A stretch of DNA of 64,000 nt from Octopus vulgaris (GCA_951406725.2 OX597823.1:87172001-87236000), one strand, 5' to 3'; positions 28,013-42,272 are shown, numbered from the stretch's first letter. Numbers and translations: made by a program. The notes: generated from the sequence alone by a model not told the origin.

Positions 28013-28335
28013 TGAAGGCGCGTATCTTAGTGTTAAAGATATTCGGCTCACGAGCGTACGACCGTGAGTTCAATAACCAGTGGTGCCTTGTATCCTTAAG
28101 CAAGACACTTTATTTCACATTGTTCCTGTCCACTCACCTGACAAATATGAGTAGTACCTATAGTTGAAGGAGGCAGCTTTGTAACATTCTTTGTCAAGCT
28201 GTCTTTCTTAGAACAACGTTAAGGGTATGCGTGTTTGTGGGGTACTCAACCACTTGCGCGTTAATTTTACTATCAAGCTTCTCCCTTGATCGGATCAACT
28301 AGAACATGCGTCATCATAACCGACGGAATACCAGT
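28013..28335 (+). mobile_element. tRNA-derived CORE-like SINE, family C
   Basis: gaaggcgcgt..ttagtg...gagttcaata...tccttaagcaagacactttatttcac. Homologous to 34945-35222 and 41150-41455. Confidence 0.7.
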
Positions 28336-28826
28336 TATTCTCTGCGTATATCAGTTTTAAATTCTAGGTATAGGTGTTCGAGAATCGGTGGTTAGATTTC
28401 TCGTTTTAGCGTAGATTCCATTTTGTAGCAAATAGTCTGATTTTCACTTGTATTTTTAGAACGTTCTACATTATTTAGAATGTTTTATTTTATGTTATCT
28501 TGTAGTATTTAGTTTTAGTTCTGACTTGAACTCAGAACTATAACTAAATACCGCAAGGCAGTTTATCTGATGCTTAAACGATTTTGCTAATCCACCCTCC
28601 GAAATAACGGCTTCAAATTTTGACACGTGGCCAGCAGTTTTTGTGCAGGTGGTGTTAGTCGTTTACATCGACTCCAGTACTTGACTGGTACTTATTTTAT
28701 TACCCAAAAGGATAAAAGTCAAAGCCGACCTCGGCAAAATTTGAACTCAGAACATAAAGACAGATGAAAAGTCATTAAGCTAATGGTCCTGCCAGTTCAC
28801 CACCCTTATCCACCCCAGCCCCAACC

Positions 28827-29285
28827 TCTAAATATTAATTTCGTAGGTACAAGGCCAGACTTTTACAACAAAGATTAATTCGATCTAAACGTCCCAGATT
28901 TTGGCTTGAACTTTTATTTTATCAAGACTTCAATGAGGTTTGAAATCAAATCATAAACTTGCAGAACAAACCACCGTGGCATTTTGGTCACCGCTCTAAG
29001 TGTATCGACAATCCAAAATGTAATACTCTGAGAGCGATATGTCAAGCAGTTCAACTTCTAAATATTATTTTCTTGGGTACAAGGCCAGCCGTTTACAACA
29101 AGGGTTAATTCGAACTAACCGTCCCAGTTTTTGGCTTGAAGTTTTATATTATCAAGACTTCGATGGGGTTTGAAATCAGATCTCAAACTGGCAGAACAAA
29201 CCACCGTGGAATTTTCTTCACCGCTCTAAGTATATCGACAAGCCAAAATGGAATACTCTAAGGGTGATATGTCAAGCATTTCAAC
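28827..29285. repeat. Tandem duplication, 2 x ~230 bp
   Basis: The units start tctaaatatta...ggtacaaggccag at ~28827 and ~29057, and both end gatatgtcaagca.ttcaac. Confidence 0.85.
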
Positions 29286-30470
29286 CGATCCTCTGTAATT
29301 CGACCAAAACAATAACGTTATATTTGGTGCAGAGAACTAAATTTCTAATATATGCTTACTTTGTTTGGATTTTTTCTTTCTATATTCCAAGATAGATTGG
29401 CATTACTTATAAGAGGAAATAATAATTCCTACTTCATGAATTCTATTTCAATATTTTTAACATATATTCTTGATTTTTACCATTATCTCATCAAGTTTAT
29501 CAATTTTATTTGTCACTCACTCATTTTCTCTCCTGCTATATTATGATTCTATCAACCCCATTTCTCTTCCATTAACTTACAAAAAGCTTTCTTTTCTTCA
29601 AATTTAACCTCTCTATATCTAAATCCGTTCCTATTGGCCGTTCATTTACGGAAAAAATTTGTAGTCTACTTTTATCTTTCACTCTTCTTTCTGTCTTCCT
29701 TTTCACTATTGCTCTGTCTCTCGCTTCTTTCTCGCGTTATCGTTCTCTCTGTTTCTCTCGTCTTACAATAGCATACTATTACCTCCATTAATTTGCAAAA
29801 ATTTTCTACCCTTCTGGTTACATAACCTATTCAAGCATTTCAATTTGATTTATCAGATGATGAAATTTCTATTACAGCAAACTAACTCAATTATTTCCTA
29901 TAAATCCTATTCTCACATTGAATTATAAATGTATTTATTACATTTATTATTTGGTATAATTATTAGTATTTTCTTTATAATTTAATGGAGTGAAAATAAC
30001 TTCGATATTAAAACATACATATTTAAGGAGAGAGAGAGAAAGAAGAAAAAAAAACAATATATTCGCAATAGTGGTGGGGGGGGAGAAAAAGAGATAGAGA
30101 GAAGCAGAGCGGGATACAGAGAGACAAAGAAATAGAGGAAATAAAACGGTAAAGATGTAAAGAGAACAGAGAAACAACGACGAAGAAAACGAACAAAAGT
30201 TAAAGAAGATGGAAAGAGAGAAAATTAACATGGATGTGTGTGCAGCAGAACAAGAGGTAAGTTAAAAGTAGAAGGAAATATCGATGAGGGTTCAATACAC
30301 ATCTGAACCTATATAAATGTTGCTACAAGGACAGCAATCTCGGTTGAATGGATAAATAGATAACATCCATCTAGTGTTCAACTTGAATTTATTTTATGGA
30401 ACCAGAACAAAAGACAAAGGTCGACCTCAGTGGAAATTGAACACATGTAAAATTAAAAGAAATGCTGCTA

Positions 30471-30664
30471 AGCATAGGAGTGGCTGTATGGTAAGTAGCT
30501 TGCTTACCAAACACATGGTTCTGGGTTCAGTCCCACTGCATGACACCTTGGGCAAATGTCTTCTACTATAGCCTAGGGCCGACCAAAGCCTTGTGAGCGG
30601 ATTTGGGAGACGGAAACTGAAAAAATCCCGTCGTATATATATGTATATATATACATACACACAA

Positions 30665-30742
<78 letters not shown>

Positions 30743-30960
30743 GTTTGTGTGTCTGTGTTTGTCCCCCCAACATCGCTTGACAACCGATTCTGGTGTATTT
30801 ACGTCCCCGTAACTTAGCGGTTCGGCAAAAGTGACCGATAGAATAAGTACTAGGCTTGCAAAGAATAAGTCCTGGGGTCGATTTGCTCTCGACTAAAGGC
30901 GGTGCTCCAGCCTGGTCACAGTCAAATAACGGAAACAAGTAAAAGAGAGTAAAAGAGAGT
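30471..30960 (+). mobile_element. SINE family A, full length
   Basis: Head, CORE-like segment, internal microsatellite and tail as in the other copies. Confidence 0.9.
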
Positions 30961-31032
30961 AAGCATTTTGTCCGGCATGCTAACGATGTAGGCAGATCGT
31001 CGACTTAAACGTCAGGCATTATTTTGTTCATT

Positions 31033-31480
31033 AAAGGTGACGAACTGGTAGAATTGCTAGTGCGTCGGACAAATTGCTTTGCGGCATTTCATCCACCTTT
31101 ACGCTCTGAGTTCAATTCCGCTGAAGTCGACTTTGCCTTTCATCCTATCAGGATCGATAAAAAGAGTATCATTTTAGCACTAAGGTCGATGTATTCGACT
31201 TATCTCCTCCCGCGAAATTGCTGGCCTTGTGCCAAAATTTGAAATTGTTATTCTTGTTCATTAAAGGCGACGCGCTGGTAGAATTGTTAGCGCGTCGAAC
31301 AAAATGTATAACAACATTTGTCTTAGCTCTTTACATTCTGAGTTCAAATTGTGCCGAGTTCAATGTGGCTTTTTATTGTTTCGTGGTCGTTAATATAAGT
31401 ACCAGTTATACACTGGTTTCAAAGAAATCGATTAACCACTTTCCACTAAAATTGCTCGTTTGTGCTAAAAATTTGACACC
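31033..31480 (+). mobile_element. Two tandem diverged SINE family B copies
   Basis: ttgttcattaaagg.gacg..ctggtagaattg.tag.gcgtcg occurs at ~31024 and ~31254. Confidence 0.75.
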
Positions 31481-32410
31481 ATTATTCTCGGTGTAGTTTC
31501 TTCTTCCTCCGCAAAGTGCAGGTGAGTAACGGAAGACAGAGTTACAACTCTGATAAGCCACGTGTTTCTTTCTATATTCCTTCTTGTTCCTAACAATATA
31601 ATGAAAGATGTTTAGAATACTACGTTTCTGCGTTATTTGTTCCTAGTAAAATAAAATTGTGCTTTTTCTGTGTCAAGCAAGAAACTAATGACGCTCTTAT
31701 AAAGAAGATATTTAAAATGTCCTGCGAAGGGATTTTTATTTGATATTAGTATTAAACTTTATATGAATCAGTTCGAGAGCTATAAAAGAAACATATTAAA
31801 GTGATAGAATTCCAACCAGATACATGGTACATGCTTGGATGTCAGAAGACACATTTATCTCTTGCTTCTAACATTGGATTGTGTACTGTATAATAAAATC
31901 TGCATCACCATCGTAGCGATTGACCTATAAATAAGACATGTAGTCTTGTTAATAATTTTCTAACAGGATGTAGTAATTGTTGCCAATAAACATACTACAG
32001 TCATTGATACGGTGGAGCTTCTGGCTAATGGGTCACAACAATGTCTAAACATCAGTTGCCCCAGAATCCCTTGTACTATAGAATAGAGTGTGTTATGAAC
32101 ACAGATCCGTCATAAAGAAGTTCTTGTTCTGTAGTAAAGAACACCAGCGATTAGGACATCCACATTCGAATCTGCCGGAACGTATTAACAATAAATACGA
32201 ATGTTAATCGAACAGATATACAGTTATACATATTTTTATGAATTTAGTTATTTCTTGCCACATTCTTCCAGTACTGCTTCATATGTGACATGTCCATTGT
32301 TTCGCTGCTGCGTCTCTTCATGTTGATCTTAGCATTAACTAAATATTACGGAGAAGAAATAAAAATGTATTAGTGTGTGTGTGCGTGGTAGTCTCAGAAG
32401 TAAAACGTCA

Positions 32411-33189
32411 AGGTGGTGAGCTAGCAGAAACGTTAGCACGCCGGGCGAAATGCTTATCGGTATTTCGTCTGTCTCTACGTTGTGAGTTCAAATTCCGCCG
32501 AGGTCGACTTTGCCTTTCATCTTTTCGGGGTCGATAAATTAAGTACCAGTTACGCACCGGGGTCGATGTAATCGACTTAATACCTATGTCTGTCCTTGTT
32601 TGTCCCCTTTATGTTTAGCCCCTTGTGGGTAATAAAGAAATAGGTATTTCGTCTGCCGCTACGTTCTGAGTTCAAATTCCGCCGAGGTCGACTTTGCCTT
32701 TCATCCTTTCGGGGTCGATTAAATAAGTACCAGTTACGCACTAGGGTCGATATAATCGACTTAATCCGTTTCTCTGTCTTTGTCTCCTCTGTGTTTAGCT
32801 CCTTGTGGGTAGTAAAAAAATAGGTATTTCGTCTGCCATACGCTCTGAGTTCATATTCTGCCGAGGTCGATTTTGCCTTTCATCCTTTCGGGGTCGATAA
32901 ATTAAGTACCAGTTACGCACTAGGGTCGATGTAATCGACTTAATTCCTTTGTCTATCCTTGTTTGTCCTCTTTGTGTTTAGCCCCTTGTGGGTAGTAAAG
33001 AAATAGGTATTTTCTCTACCGTTAAGTTCTGAATTCAAATTCCGCCGAGGTCGACTTTGCCTTTCATCCTTTCGGGGTCGATTAAATAAGTACCAGTTAC
33101 GCACTGGGGTCGATATAATTGACTTTATTCGTTTGTCTGTCCTTGTTTGTTCCCTCTGTGCGTAGCCCCTTGTGGGCAGTAAAGAAATG
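32411..33189 (+). mobile_element. SINE family B tetramer (one head + four ~183-bp units) with TSD
   Basis: The units start ggtattt at 32459, 32643, 32823 and 33006. The flanking repeat agaagtaaaa(c/t)gtcaag lies at 32396-32412 and 33190-33206. The core gcctttcatcctttcggggtcgataaattaagtaccag resembles the Meta/MESC SINE domain (from memory). Confidence 0.9.
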
Positions 33190-33481
33190 AGAAGTAAAAT
33201 GTCAAGCCGTTAAAAGCTAGAAAATAGCAAAAGACTTTTACCCGCTTCAGTCACTAAACTGCGGCGAAGCTGGAGCACTGCCTTGAAAATTTTTTAGTCG
33301 AATGAATCAACCCCAGAACTATTTTATTTTCGCCTTGTACTTCTTTTATCGGTCTTCGTTTGCTGAACCACTACCTTACAGAGACGTAAACACACCAACA
33401 CCGGTTGTTAAACAGTGGTGGTAGACAAACACAGATGAAGTCACACACACACATGCAAGTGTTTCTGTGTTTGTGTCTGTG

Positions 33482-33538
<57 letters not shown>

Positions 33539-34397
33539 ATATGTAAATCTATTAAATGGATATTTTAGAAGAGATATTTCGTCAATGAATATATTATGTA
33601 AAATGTAAAATATCATAAAATATAAAATAGAATTATTAAGTTTGTAAACGGAGAGATCAAATGGATACACATTAATTTATTAATTAATTAACATCTTCAC
33701 CTACAAACTTTTCATTTCACATTCAATTTAAGCTACAAAACATATATAAATATATAATCGTGCATTTCAAAATACCCTGGGTGAAATATTCTGAGTATAT
33801 TGGAGTATTCCAGCAGTTCGTAGAGTACTCCTTGTATTGTCCTTTTTCATGCACTGATTGTCCTTGTTTGTCCTCTCTGTGTTTAGCCCCTTGTGGGTAG
33901 TAAAGAAATAGGTATTTCGTCTGCCTTTATTTTCTGAGTTCAAATTCCGCCGAGGTCGAATTAAGTACCAGTTATGCACTGGGATCAATCTAATAGATTG
34001 GTTCCTCCTCCAAAATTTCCGGCCTTGTTCCTAGAGTAGAAAACTCTAACATAGGCAAATTCCTGAAAATTCAATGGAACGGTTATTCGATTGATTCTCG
34101 AACCGTCCATGAATAATACTGAATTGAAAGGAAAACCCAAAAGACACTCTAGAGATACTACCATCGGCAGTAATAATTACTTCAAACTTTTGCCACATAG
34201 GAAGCTTGGGTGAGGTGTTCCACTGGTACTTATTTTATCAACCCCAAAAGAATGGAAGGCAAAGTCGAGCTCGGCGGTATCTGAACTCAAAACGTATGTC
34301 AAGATGGACGAAATACCGCTAAGCATTTTGCCCGGCGTGCTAACGATTCTGCCAGGTTCACGCACACACACACGCGCGCGCACGCAATATATATATA

Positions 34398-34612
34398 CAT
34401 GAAGAGGTACTGAAATGTCCTAGTTTTAAAGCTATTGCGAAAGGCCTGGTTGAAGGCTCAACCCTCCGAGTTCTTTTACAGGTCTTAAAAGACATGAAGG
34501 ACTGCTGCAGTAAATGTGTTTATTGGAGCGGGGAATATGTTGTATAAATCAATAATTAACTGATTCGCCTATATTTCCTTTTACACAAACCCAGGAACTT
34601 TTCAGTCCCTGC
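34398..34612 (+). mobile_element. Mariner-derived MITE
   Basis: The ends gtactgaaatgtcctag and ccaggaacttttcagtcc are imperfect inverted repeats. Internal CSKCVYWSGEYVV* resembles the mariner C-terminus KCVELxGEYVE*. Confidence 0.65.
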
Positions 34613-34840
34613 CCCCAAAACACGCACACATATATTTTCACTCTTCCTTGTTTCAGTCATTAGACTGAGGCCATGCTAGGGGATAACGTATAGCCCCTCC
34701 TATTAAAGCACAGTTCTTATTCTATCGAGGCTTTTGCTTAACTCCAAGACGTAAGCACGCCGACACCGATCCTTAAGTGGTGTGGGGTAGAAATACACAA
34801 ACACAGACACACACAGAAATATATATATATATATAGATAA

Positions 34841-34926
<86 letters not shown>

Positions 34927-34944
34927 GGATGTAGTCATTGCGGA

Positions 34945-35222
34945 AGAAGCTCGTAAGATTAACGTGCAAATGGCTGAGCACTCCACAGACACGCGTGCTC
35001 CTTCACATACGTCTCAGGAAGATTCAGCGCGACACAGTGTCACAAAGCTGGACCCTTGAAATACAGGTACCACTCATGTTTACCGGTTAAGTGGGCTGCA
35101 GCTACGTGATATAAAGTGTTATGCTCAAGAACACAATGCGCCGCCGGGAATCGAACTCGCGACCCTACGAGTTAAAGTATTCGCGCAGCGAATACCCTAA
35201 CCACTAAGCTACGTGCCTTCAC
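34945..35222 (-). mobile_element. SINE family C
   Basis: Reverse-complement homologue of 28013-28335. Confidence 0.7.
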
Positions 35223-35973
35223 CACGGTAAAATAAGTACCAAACTAAAAAAAAAAAGAAAACGAAAAATTATAATAGTAAGTACCAGGGATCGACTTGTT
35301 CGGCTAAACTGTTCAAAGTGGTGCCCCATCATGGCCGCAGTCCAATGAATGAAAGAAATAAAGCGTATAAGGTATTCAATGCCAGTCATATACTGAGATT
35401 GGTTTAATCAATCACCACACCTTTTAACCCTGTGCCTGTGGAAAACAGGCATAATAAGCATTACCATTATGTCAAGATTTCTTGATAACGGCTTTTGGTT
35501 AACAAGTGCATTTGTAGCGCCTGTACGGACGTACGTATCTGCTTGCAGCAGACTCTGTGTGAGAGACTGAGAGAAAGTATGTGTGTTTAATTCCCTCTGT
35601 TAGTGGGTGTATGTCTGTATGTACGTATATATATATATATGTATATATGTATATGCGTGTGTATGTATGTATGTATGTATGTATGTATGTACCTGTGCGT
35701 CCAGTTGATTGTGCGCAAAATGGTTTGTTTGTCAGGAGAATACATATTTAGCGCGAAAAACACGGCCGTGCGATGAGTGCGGTGGGAATAGAACTACAAA
35801 ATAGAAAAAGTGAAAATGAAAGTAAAGACAAAAAAGAAAAAAAATATAATAATGAACATTCATATCGATTTAAGGATGTTTTAAGTTCTGTTTTTGTTCA
35901 GCGATAAACACAGCGATGCATTTAATATAGGCAAAATTATTTCCCGCCTCCTTACCGCCCTTTCCGTATACAA

Positions 35974-36031
<58 letters not shown>

Positions 36032-36121
36032 ATACGCACATATGCATACGTATACATATATATATATGAATATATATATATGTGTGTGTATACATATATA
36101 CATACATACACACACGCACAC

Positions 36122-36167
<46 letters not shown>

Positions 36168-36550
36168 TGTATCTGTCTCTTTCTCTCTCTCTCTTTCCCT
36201 TTTCCTCGTTTAGCCTCGCTTCTTAGCCCGTGTTTTTATATTAAATTGAATTATGGCGCACAATTTTTCTTAATTGAGACAGAATAGTTCTCGTGAACAA
36301 TTTGAGTCTATTTGCGTTTATTTGCCTTTTGAATTAGGTGACAAATAACATTGACATTCTACGAAGGCAGATGGTTTCTGATTAACGAAGACAGGTTTTC
36401 GTTTAATTTACCGCCATTAATGAAGTTAAGGCGTCAATTTACGGCTAAGAGCAAGCCTTGAATCCCGTGGGAGTGTTCGGGTATCACCATCTGGTGGGGA
36501 AGCATATTATTATGTACTGTTATTGGTCGAAGAGAGGGGATAAGTAAAGG

Positions 36551-36604
<54 letters not shown>

Positions 36605-36824
36605 TATATATACACACACACATATATATATATACACATATATAAATACATACAAATATATATATACACATATATATAGACACATCGAGACAAAAATTGA
36701 AGTCCAATCTATGCTGGTGGTGGGGAGATATATATTAGAGCGGGGTGTTGGTTTGGCTGTGTTAAGGATGGGAGATAAGATTGTCCAAGGGTGCTTCCGG
36801 AAGTAATAATACTTCTACGAAAAC

Positions 36825-36977
36825 CAATAATGATGGTGCTGGCGATAATAATGATAATGATAATAATGGTAATTATAATAATAATAATGATAATAATGAT
36901 AATAATAATGATAATAATCATAATAATAATAATAATGATGATGATGATGATGATTACTATCATTATTATCATTATTA

Positions 36978-37035
<58 letters not shown>

Positions 37036-37144
37036 CATCATCATCACCATCAAAATCGTCATCATCGTCATCATCAACCTTGTCACCATTATCATCATCA
37101 CCATCATCATCATGAATATTATCATCAACAGCAGCAGCAGCATC

Positions 37145-37198
<54 letters not shown>

Positions 37199-37881
37199 TC
37201 TTATGTAGATGCAAATAAAATATAACTGGAGCAACTGTATTAGAAAAGAGAGAGAAAGAGAGAATCTCAGACAGTGAGAGAAAGAGAGAGATACAGGGAG
37301 AGCGAGAGAGAGAGAGAGAGACAGAGAGAGAGAGAGAAGGAGTGAATGATAGTGGGTGGTGAGGATTGATGATGCCGAAGGGAAATATGGTGAGAATGGG
37401 TACATAAAAACATCAGCGGGGGTGGCCATTAATGGCCGAATAAACGAAGATGCAAAGAAATAAAAGAAAACGACGTTGATATTGAGGTGGTTGCGTGAAA
37501 ATGCGTAATCTGGACAAGTAACGTTGATGTTGTTTTTGTTGTTGATGTGATAGTAATGGTGGTGGTGGTGGTGATGGTGGTGGCTGGGGTGGAGGTAGAC
37601 TGGTTCAAAAATGGCTGCTGCGAAAACTGTGTTAAACAGTGTGCGGTAGTTGCGGTGTTAATAAATTTGTTGTAGCTGCCGGTCATGGTGGCTGGGATGG
37701 AGGGTAGTAAGAGGTGATGTTGACGTTAGTGGTGGCAGTGGTGATGGTAGTGATGGTGGTAGTGGTGGTGGTGCTACTGCTGCTGTTGATGACGATGTTG
37801 ATGATGGTGGTGGCAATAGCGTTGCATGTGGAGATGGACTGGGGCTCGATGATGAAGGTGGTGCTGTTGTTACTGTTGTTG

Positions 37882-37913
<32 letters not shown>

Positions 37914-39525
37914 GGTGGTGATATTAGTATCGATGGTGGTGGTAATGGTGGTAATGTTAATTATGGTAGTGGTAGTGGTGACAGTGGTAGTCACAGTGAC
38001 GCTGGTGGTGGTGGTGGTGGTGGTGGTGGTGGTGGTGGTGGTGGTGGTGGTGGTGGTGGTGGTGGTGGTGGTGGTGGTGGTGGTGGATGTGGTAGTGGTG
38101 ACCATGGTTCAGGGGGTAGTGATGGTGTTGGTAGTGGTGTTGCTGTTGAAGGTGATGGCAACGGTGCTGGTTTTGGTTCTGGTGATGAAGTTTCCGTTGA
38201 TGTTAATGGCAGTGACGATGGTAAAGATGGCGGTTATGGAAAGAAGGCCTTGCACGATGCAATGTTTTACGAGATGAGGAGGTGGGCGTGAGTGTTGATG
38301 CTAAGACGAGAAGGGAGAAGTGGGAAGGGTCTGATGACGTTTAGCCGTACACAAAGGGCCACTGAATTCTTAGCCCTTATCAACCTTTATTCTATTTAAA
38401 TGGTAACATTTAGTGGTAAAATATTTCCACAATATTTCAGAGTCAAGATGGATAATTCAATTACTTTTAACAGTGTCAGCACCGCTTTGCTGCTAATCTC
38501 CATCTTTATTCGGTGTTGTAAAGATTGGTGCTGTTGTTGTTGTTGTTGTTGGGGCCGTTTATGTTGTTGTTGTTGTTGTGGTGGTGGTGGTGGTGGTGGT
38601 GGTGGTGGTGGTGGTGGTGGTGGGTATTGTTGTTCTTGTTTATAATTGCTGTTGCTGCTGCTCTCGGTATTGCCGGCATCGTTGTTGTTTTTCTTCTAGA
38701 CCATTTTGTCTTTTTTCTTTCCATTATCAACATCATCATCATCATCATCATTACCGTCATCATCATCTTGTTGTTGTTGTTGTCCTTCTTCAATTTCTCC
38801 TTTTTTTCTTTTTCTTATCCTTTCCTCCTCCTCCTCCTTTTCTTCTTTTCTTGTTTATCATTTCATCTTCCGATTCCTCTTCTCCTCCTTCTCCTTTTTC
38901 TCTTCTTCTTCCTCTTTCTTTTTTATTCTTATCCTCTACTCCTCCTCCTCCTCCTCATTCACCTCCTTCTCTTTTCCTTCTTTTCCCCTTTTCTAATTTT
39001 ATATTCTCATGCCTCTCCTCCTTTCTTCTTCTTCTTCTTCTTCTTCTTCTTCTTCTTCTTCTTCTTCTTCTCCTCCTCCTTCTTCTTTCTTCTTCTTCGT
39101 TGTCGTCGTCGTCCTCATCCATTCATATTTCATGTATGTATGTATATTTTTTCCTTCTTGGTTGATAACAACGGCAGTCATATGACAATGAAAATGATTA
39201 TTATTATACTGATGATGATGATGATGATGATGATGATGACGACGACGACAAGGAGGTGTAGGAGGAGGAGGAGGAAGAGAAGGACGAGGAGGACAACAAC
39301 GACGACAACGACGACAGCGACGATGATTACAAAGATGATGATGATGATGATGATGATGACGATGATGATGATGATGATGAAGATGAAAATGATAATGGTG
39401 GTGATGATGATAATGGTGATGAGGACGACAACCCATCAAGATCATAGATCATCATCATCGTCATCACTGTCTTACCGTTTGTTATAGTATTCGTTATCAT
39501 TATTATTATCATTATTATTGTTATT
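36825..39525. repeat. 2.7-kb compound trinucleotide low-complexity cluster (ATT, ATC, AGT, GGT, GTT, CTT, GAT)
   Basis: Direct reading. The ORFs here are homopolymeric amino-acid runs. Confidence 0.9.
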
Positions 39526-40237
39526 TATTTATTTATTTAGGTATTTATTTCGTATTTTGTATGTTTGTTTATTTCCCCCACATACCCCCCCCCCCACAAC
39601 GCCACCCCGACACTTCTTTATCTGTTTACCTCTTTATTTGCCTTGTAATATATAACGCCCATTTAATTGTATAATGTGTTCTTATATTGCTCTTAAGGCC
39701 GATAAAGACATCATCAGCATCCGCATCATCAGCATCCGCATCATCCGCATCATCATCAGAACCATCACTGACATCATTGTTTGTATTATCACTGCTGCCC
39801 ATTCTTGTATTTTGCGTCCCTATGAATATTTATAATCCCCAAGGCAGTGTCGTGGGACGAATAAGAAGAAGATACTTGATGTAAATTAACGAAGTGCATT
39901 CTGGGATTTATACATTGCCACAAACTACCTTCCGAGTTCAAATCCCGCCACGGTCGGTTGTTTGAGCCTTTTATCTCATCGGAGCAATCATTGTGTAGAT
40001 TGATGAATTATCCTCGTTTATTTTGAATATTTATGGAATATTTGTGGGAATGGTCAAACCAAAGAATTTTGAAATAAATGCCTCTTCGGCTGTTATGTTC
40101 TGGGTTAAGGTTACGGTCAGGATGTTATGTTTTGCGCTATACTACTCTAAACATTCTTTTTTTCTTTCGCCTATGATCATTATTTTCAATAAAGGATCAT
40201 TTTTGTTGCATCTGAGCAGAAAACCGAGTGTGGAAAT

Positions 40238-40600
40238 ACAGTCAGATCAGATGTAGAGAAACACCCCCGTTGCAGCGCATTACTGCATTCACCACTTTTT
40301 TGTTAGTATATTCTCCTGTCTCGAGCGACCCTCAGAGTAGAGTCCCCATCTCCATGAGATATCTCCTCAGCCGTAACCATCTGGCAAGTAGTCGACCAAC
40401 ACGAGCCGACAACCCAATCTGATCCTCACTGAAGAAAGCACGGAAAGGAGTGTTTAACTCGAAAAATAGAGTTACATGGCCCAACATTCTGAGCTGGCGT
40501 TTCCGAAACATGAATGTAACTGGACGCATACCAGTTTCTGACTCGAGTCGTTTGTTGGGCACGAAATGCGGCCCATTAAGTTTTTTCCTTTAATCATGAG
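40238..40600 (-). mobile_element. RTE-clade LINE 3' fragment, degenerate
   Basis: RKRQLRMLGHV...RVGRLLARWL resembles the RTE RT C-terminus (RQLR.FGHV.R...RGRP...W). It has a short atctg-type tail. Confidence 0.65.
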
Positions 40601-40688
40601 GTATACAAACAACGTAGTTCTGAATCCAGCTGTTTTTAAAACGCTCGTATATGATTCGTGGAGTGTCATGCGATATCTTGTAACATAT

Positions 40689-40903
40689 ACTCTTTACTCT
40701 TTATTCTTTTACTTGTTTCAGTCATTTGACTGCGGCCATGCTGGGGCACCGCCTTTAGTCGAGCAAATCGACCCCGGGACTTATTCTTTGTAAGCCCCAG
40801 TACTTATTCTATCGGTCTGTTATTGCCGAACCGCTAAGTGACGGGGATGTAAACACACCAGCATCGGTTATCAAGTAATGCTAGGGGGACAAACACAGAC
40901 ACA

Positions 40904-40993
<90 letters not shown>

Positions 40994-41146
40994 TACGACA
41001 GGCTTCTTTTAGTTTCCGTCTACCAAATCCACTCACAAGGCATTGGTCGGCCCGGGGCTATAGCAGAAGACACTTACCCAAGATGCCACGCAGTGGGACT
41101 GAACCCGGAACCATGTGGTTGGTAAGCAAGCTACTTACCACACAGC
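40689..41146 (-). mobile_element. SINE family A, near full length
   Basis: High similarity to 19247-19615. Confidence 0.9.
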
Positions 41147-41149
41147 TGT

Positions 41150-41455
41150 TTGTACAATTGGCACTCCATCGATTGCGACGACGAGGGTTCCAGTTGATCA
41201 TGAAATAAGTGTGCAAGTGACTGAACACTCCACAGACACACAACTACACTTAACGTAGTTCTCAGAGAGATGCAGCGTGACACAGAATGTGACAAGGCTG
41301 GCCCTTGCAAATACAGGTACAGCTCATTTTCCCCAGCTGAGTGCACTGGAGCAACATGAAATAAAACGTCTTGTTCAAGGACTCAACGCACCACCGAGAA
41401 TTAAACCCACGACCTTACGATCGCGAACCGAAAACCGTAACCACTAAGCCACGCT
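41150..41455 (-). mobile_element. SINE family C, apparently inserted near the 5' end of the family A copy
   Basis: Homologous to 34945-35222 and abuts cttaccacacagc of SINE A. Confidence 0.7.
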
Positions 41456-42051
41456 CCTGTTTGTCCAGTCTCCTGTGCAAATGTGTGACTGGACGCCAAT
41501 GCAAAAAATCTTTACCTTCTTTCACCATTACAGAGTATTCGTAAAACAGTAGAAATGTCAGGCACGTACGATATATGTTGTATAAAAATTCGTTCGATAG
41601 AACACACTCTGTATGTTATTCCTTTATTCTTTTATTCTTTGGCCTTTTTAAGTCATTTGACTGCGGCCATGATAGAGCACAAAATTTACTCGAGCAAATC
41701 GAGCCCCAGGACTTATACTTTGTAAGTCTAGTACTTATTCTATTGGGTCTCTTTTACCGAACCGCTAAGTTACGAGGACGTAAACAGACTAGTATCGGTT
41801 GTCAAGCGATGGCAGACGACAAACACACACACATATATATGTATTTATATGTATATATGTATATATATATATATATATATAATTAATTGTTATCGCCATA
41901 TTAATATGGCAGTCTTATAGATATAAGACTAAAAGCTGTCGCTGATTAGCTCCATGAGGCCATCGCCTTAAGATAGCTATCTGACACACAAACTGTGTCC
42001 ATTATAACCTTCGAACAAGGGAGGTCAGCCGTTCACACTGCTAGTCAGACA

Positions 42052-42094
42052 GCTACAGACGTGTTTCAGGGTATTTGCCCTTTGTCAATGTAGC
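42052..42094 (-). ncRNA. Decayed hammerhead motif in a probable Penelope terminal-repeat fragment (41880-42095)
   Basis: Minus strand: gctaca-TTGACAA-aggg caaata ccct-GAAAC-ac-GTC-tgtagc. Stem I (6 bp) and stem II (4 bp) are intact, and the core has two substitutions. Confidence 0.55.
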
Positions 42095-42164
42095 GCTTCT
42101 TTCACTTTCCATCAACCAAATCGGTTGTCAAGCGGTGTTAAGGGGACAAACACAAACACAACAC

Positions 42165-42248
<84 letters not shown>

Positions 42249-42272
42249 GTATCTATATATATATATATATAT

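Noticed and set aside
31740-32190. Possible very old LINE RT remnant
   Set aside because: No unambiguous motif could be recovered in any frame.
32459-33189. CRISPR-like or satellite array
   Set aside because: The units are contiguous SINE bodies with no unique spacers, in a eukaryotic context.
37429-38291. Thr-rich (minus) and Val- or Gly/Asp-rich (plus) open frames suggesting a mucin or glycine-rich exon
   Set aside because: Open frames are expected from (GGT/GAT/GTT)n composition. The Pro and His frames contain stops, and there is no convincing splice context or domain.
38396-39487. 320-aa ORF 38525-39487 and a Gln/Pro-rich minus-strand frame
   Set aside because: These are homopolymeric runs from trinucleotide repeats, and the minus frame is interrupted by stops.
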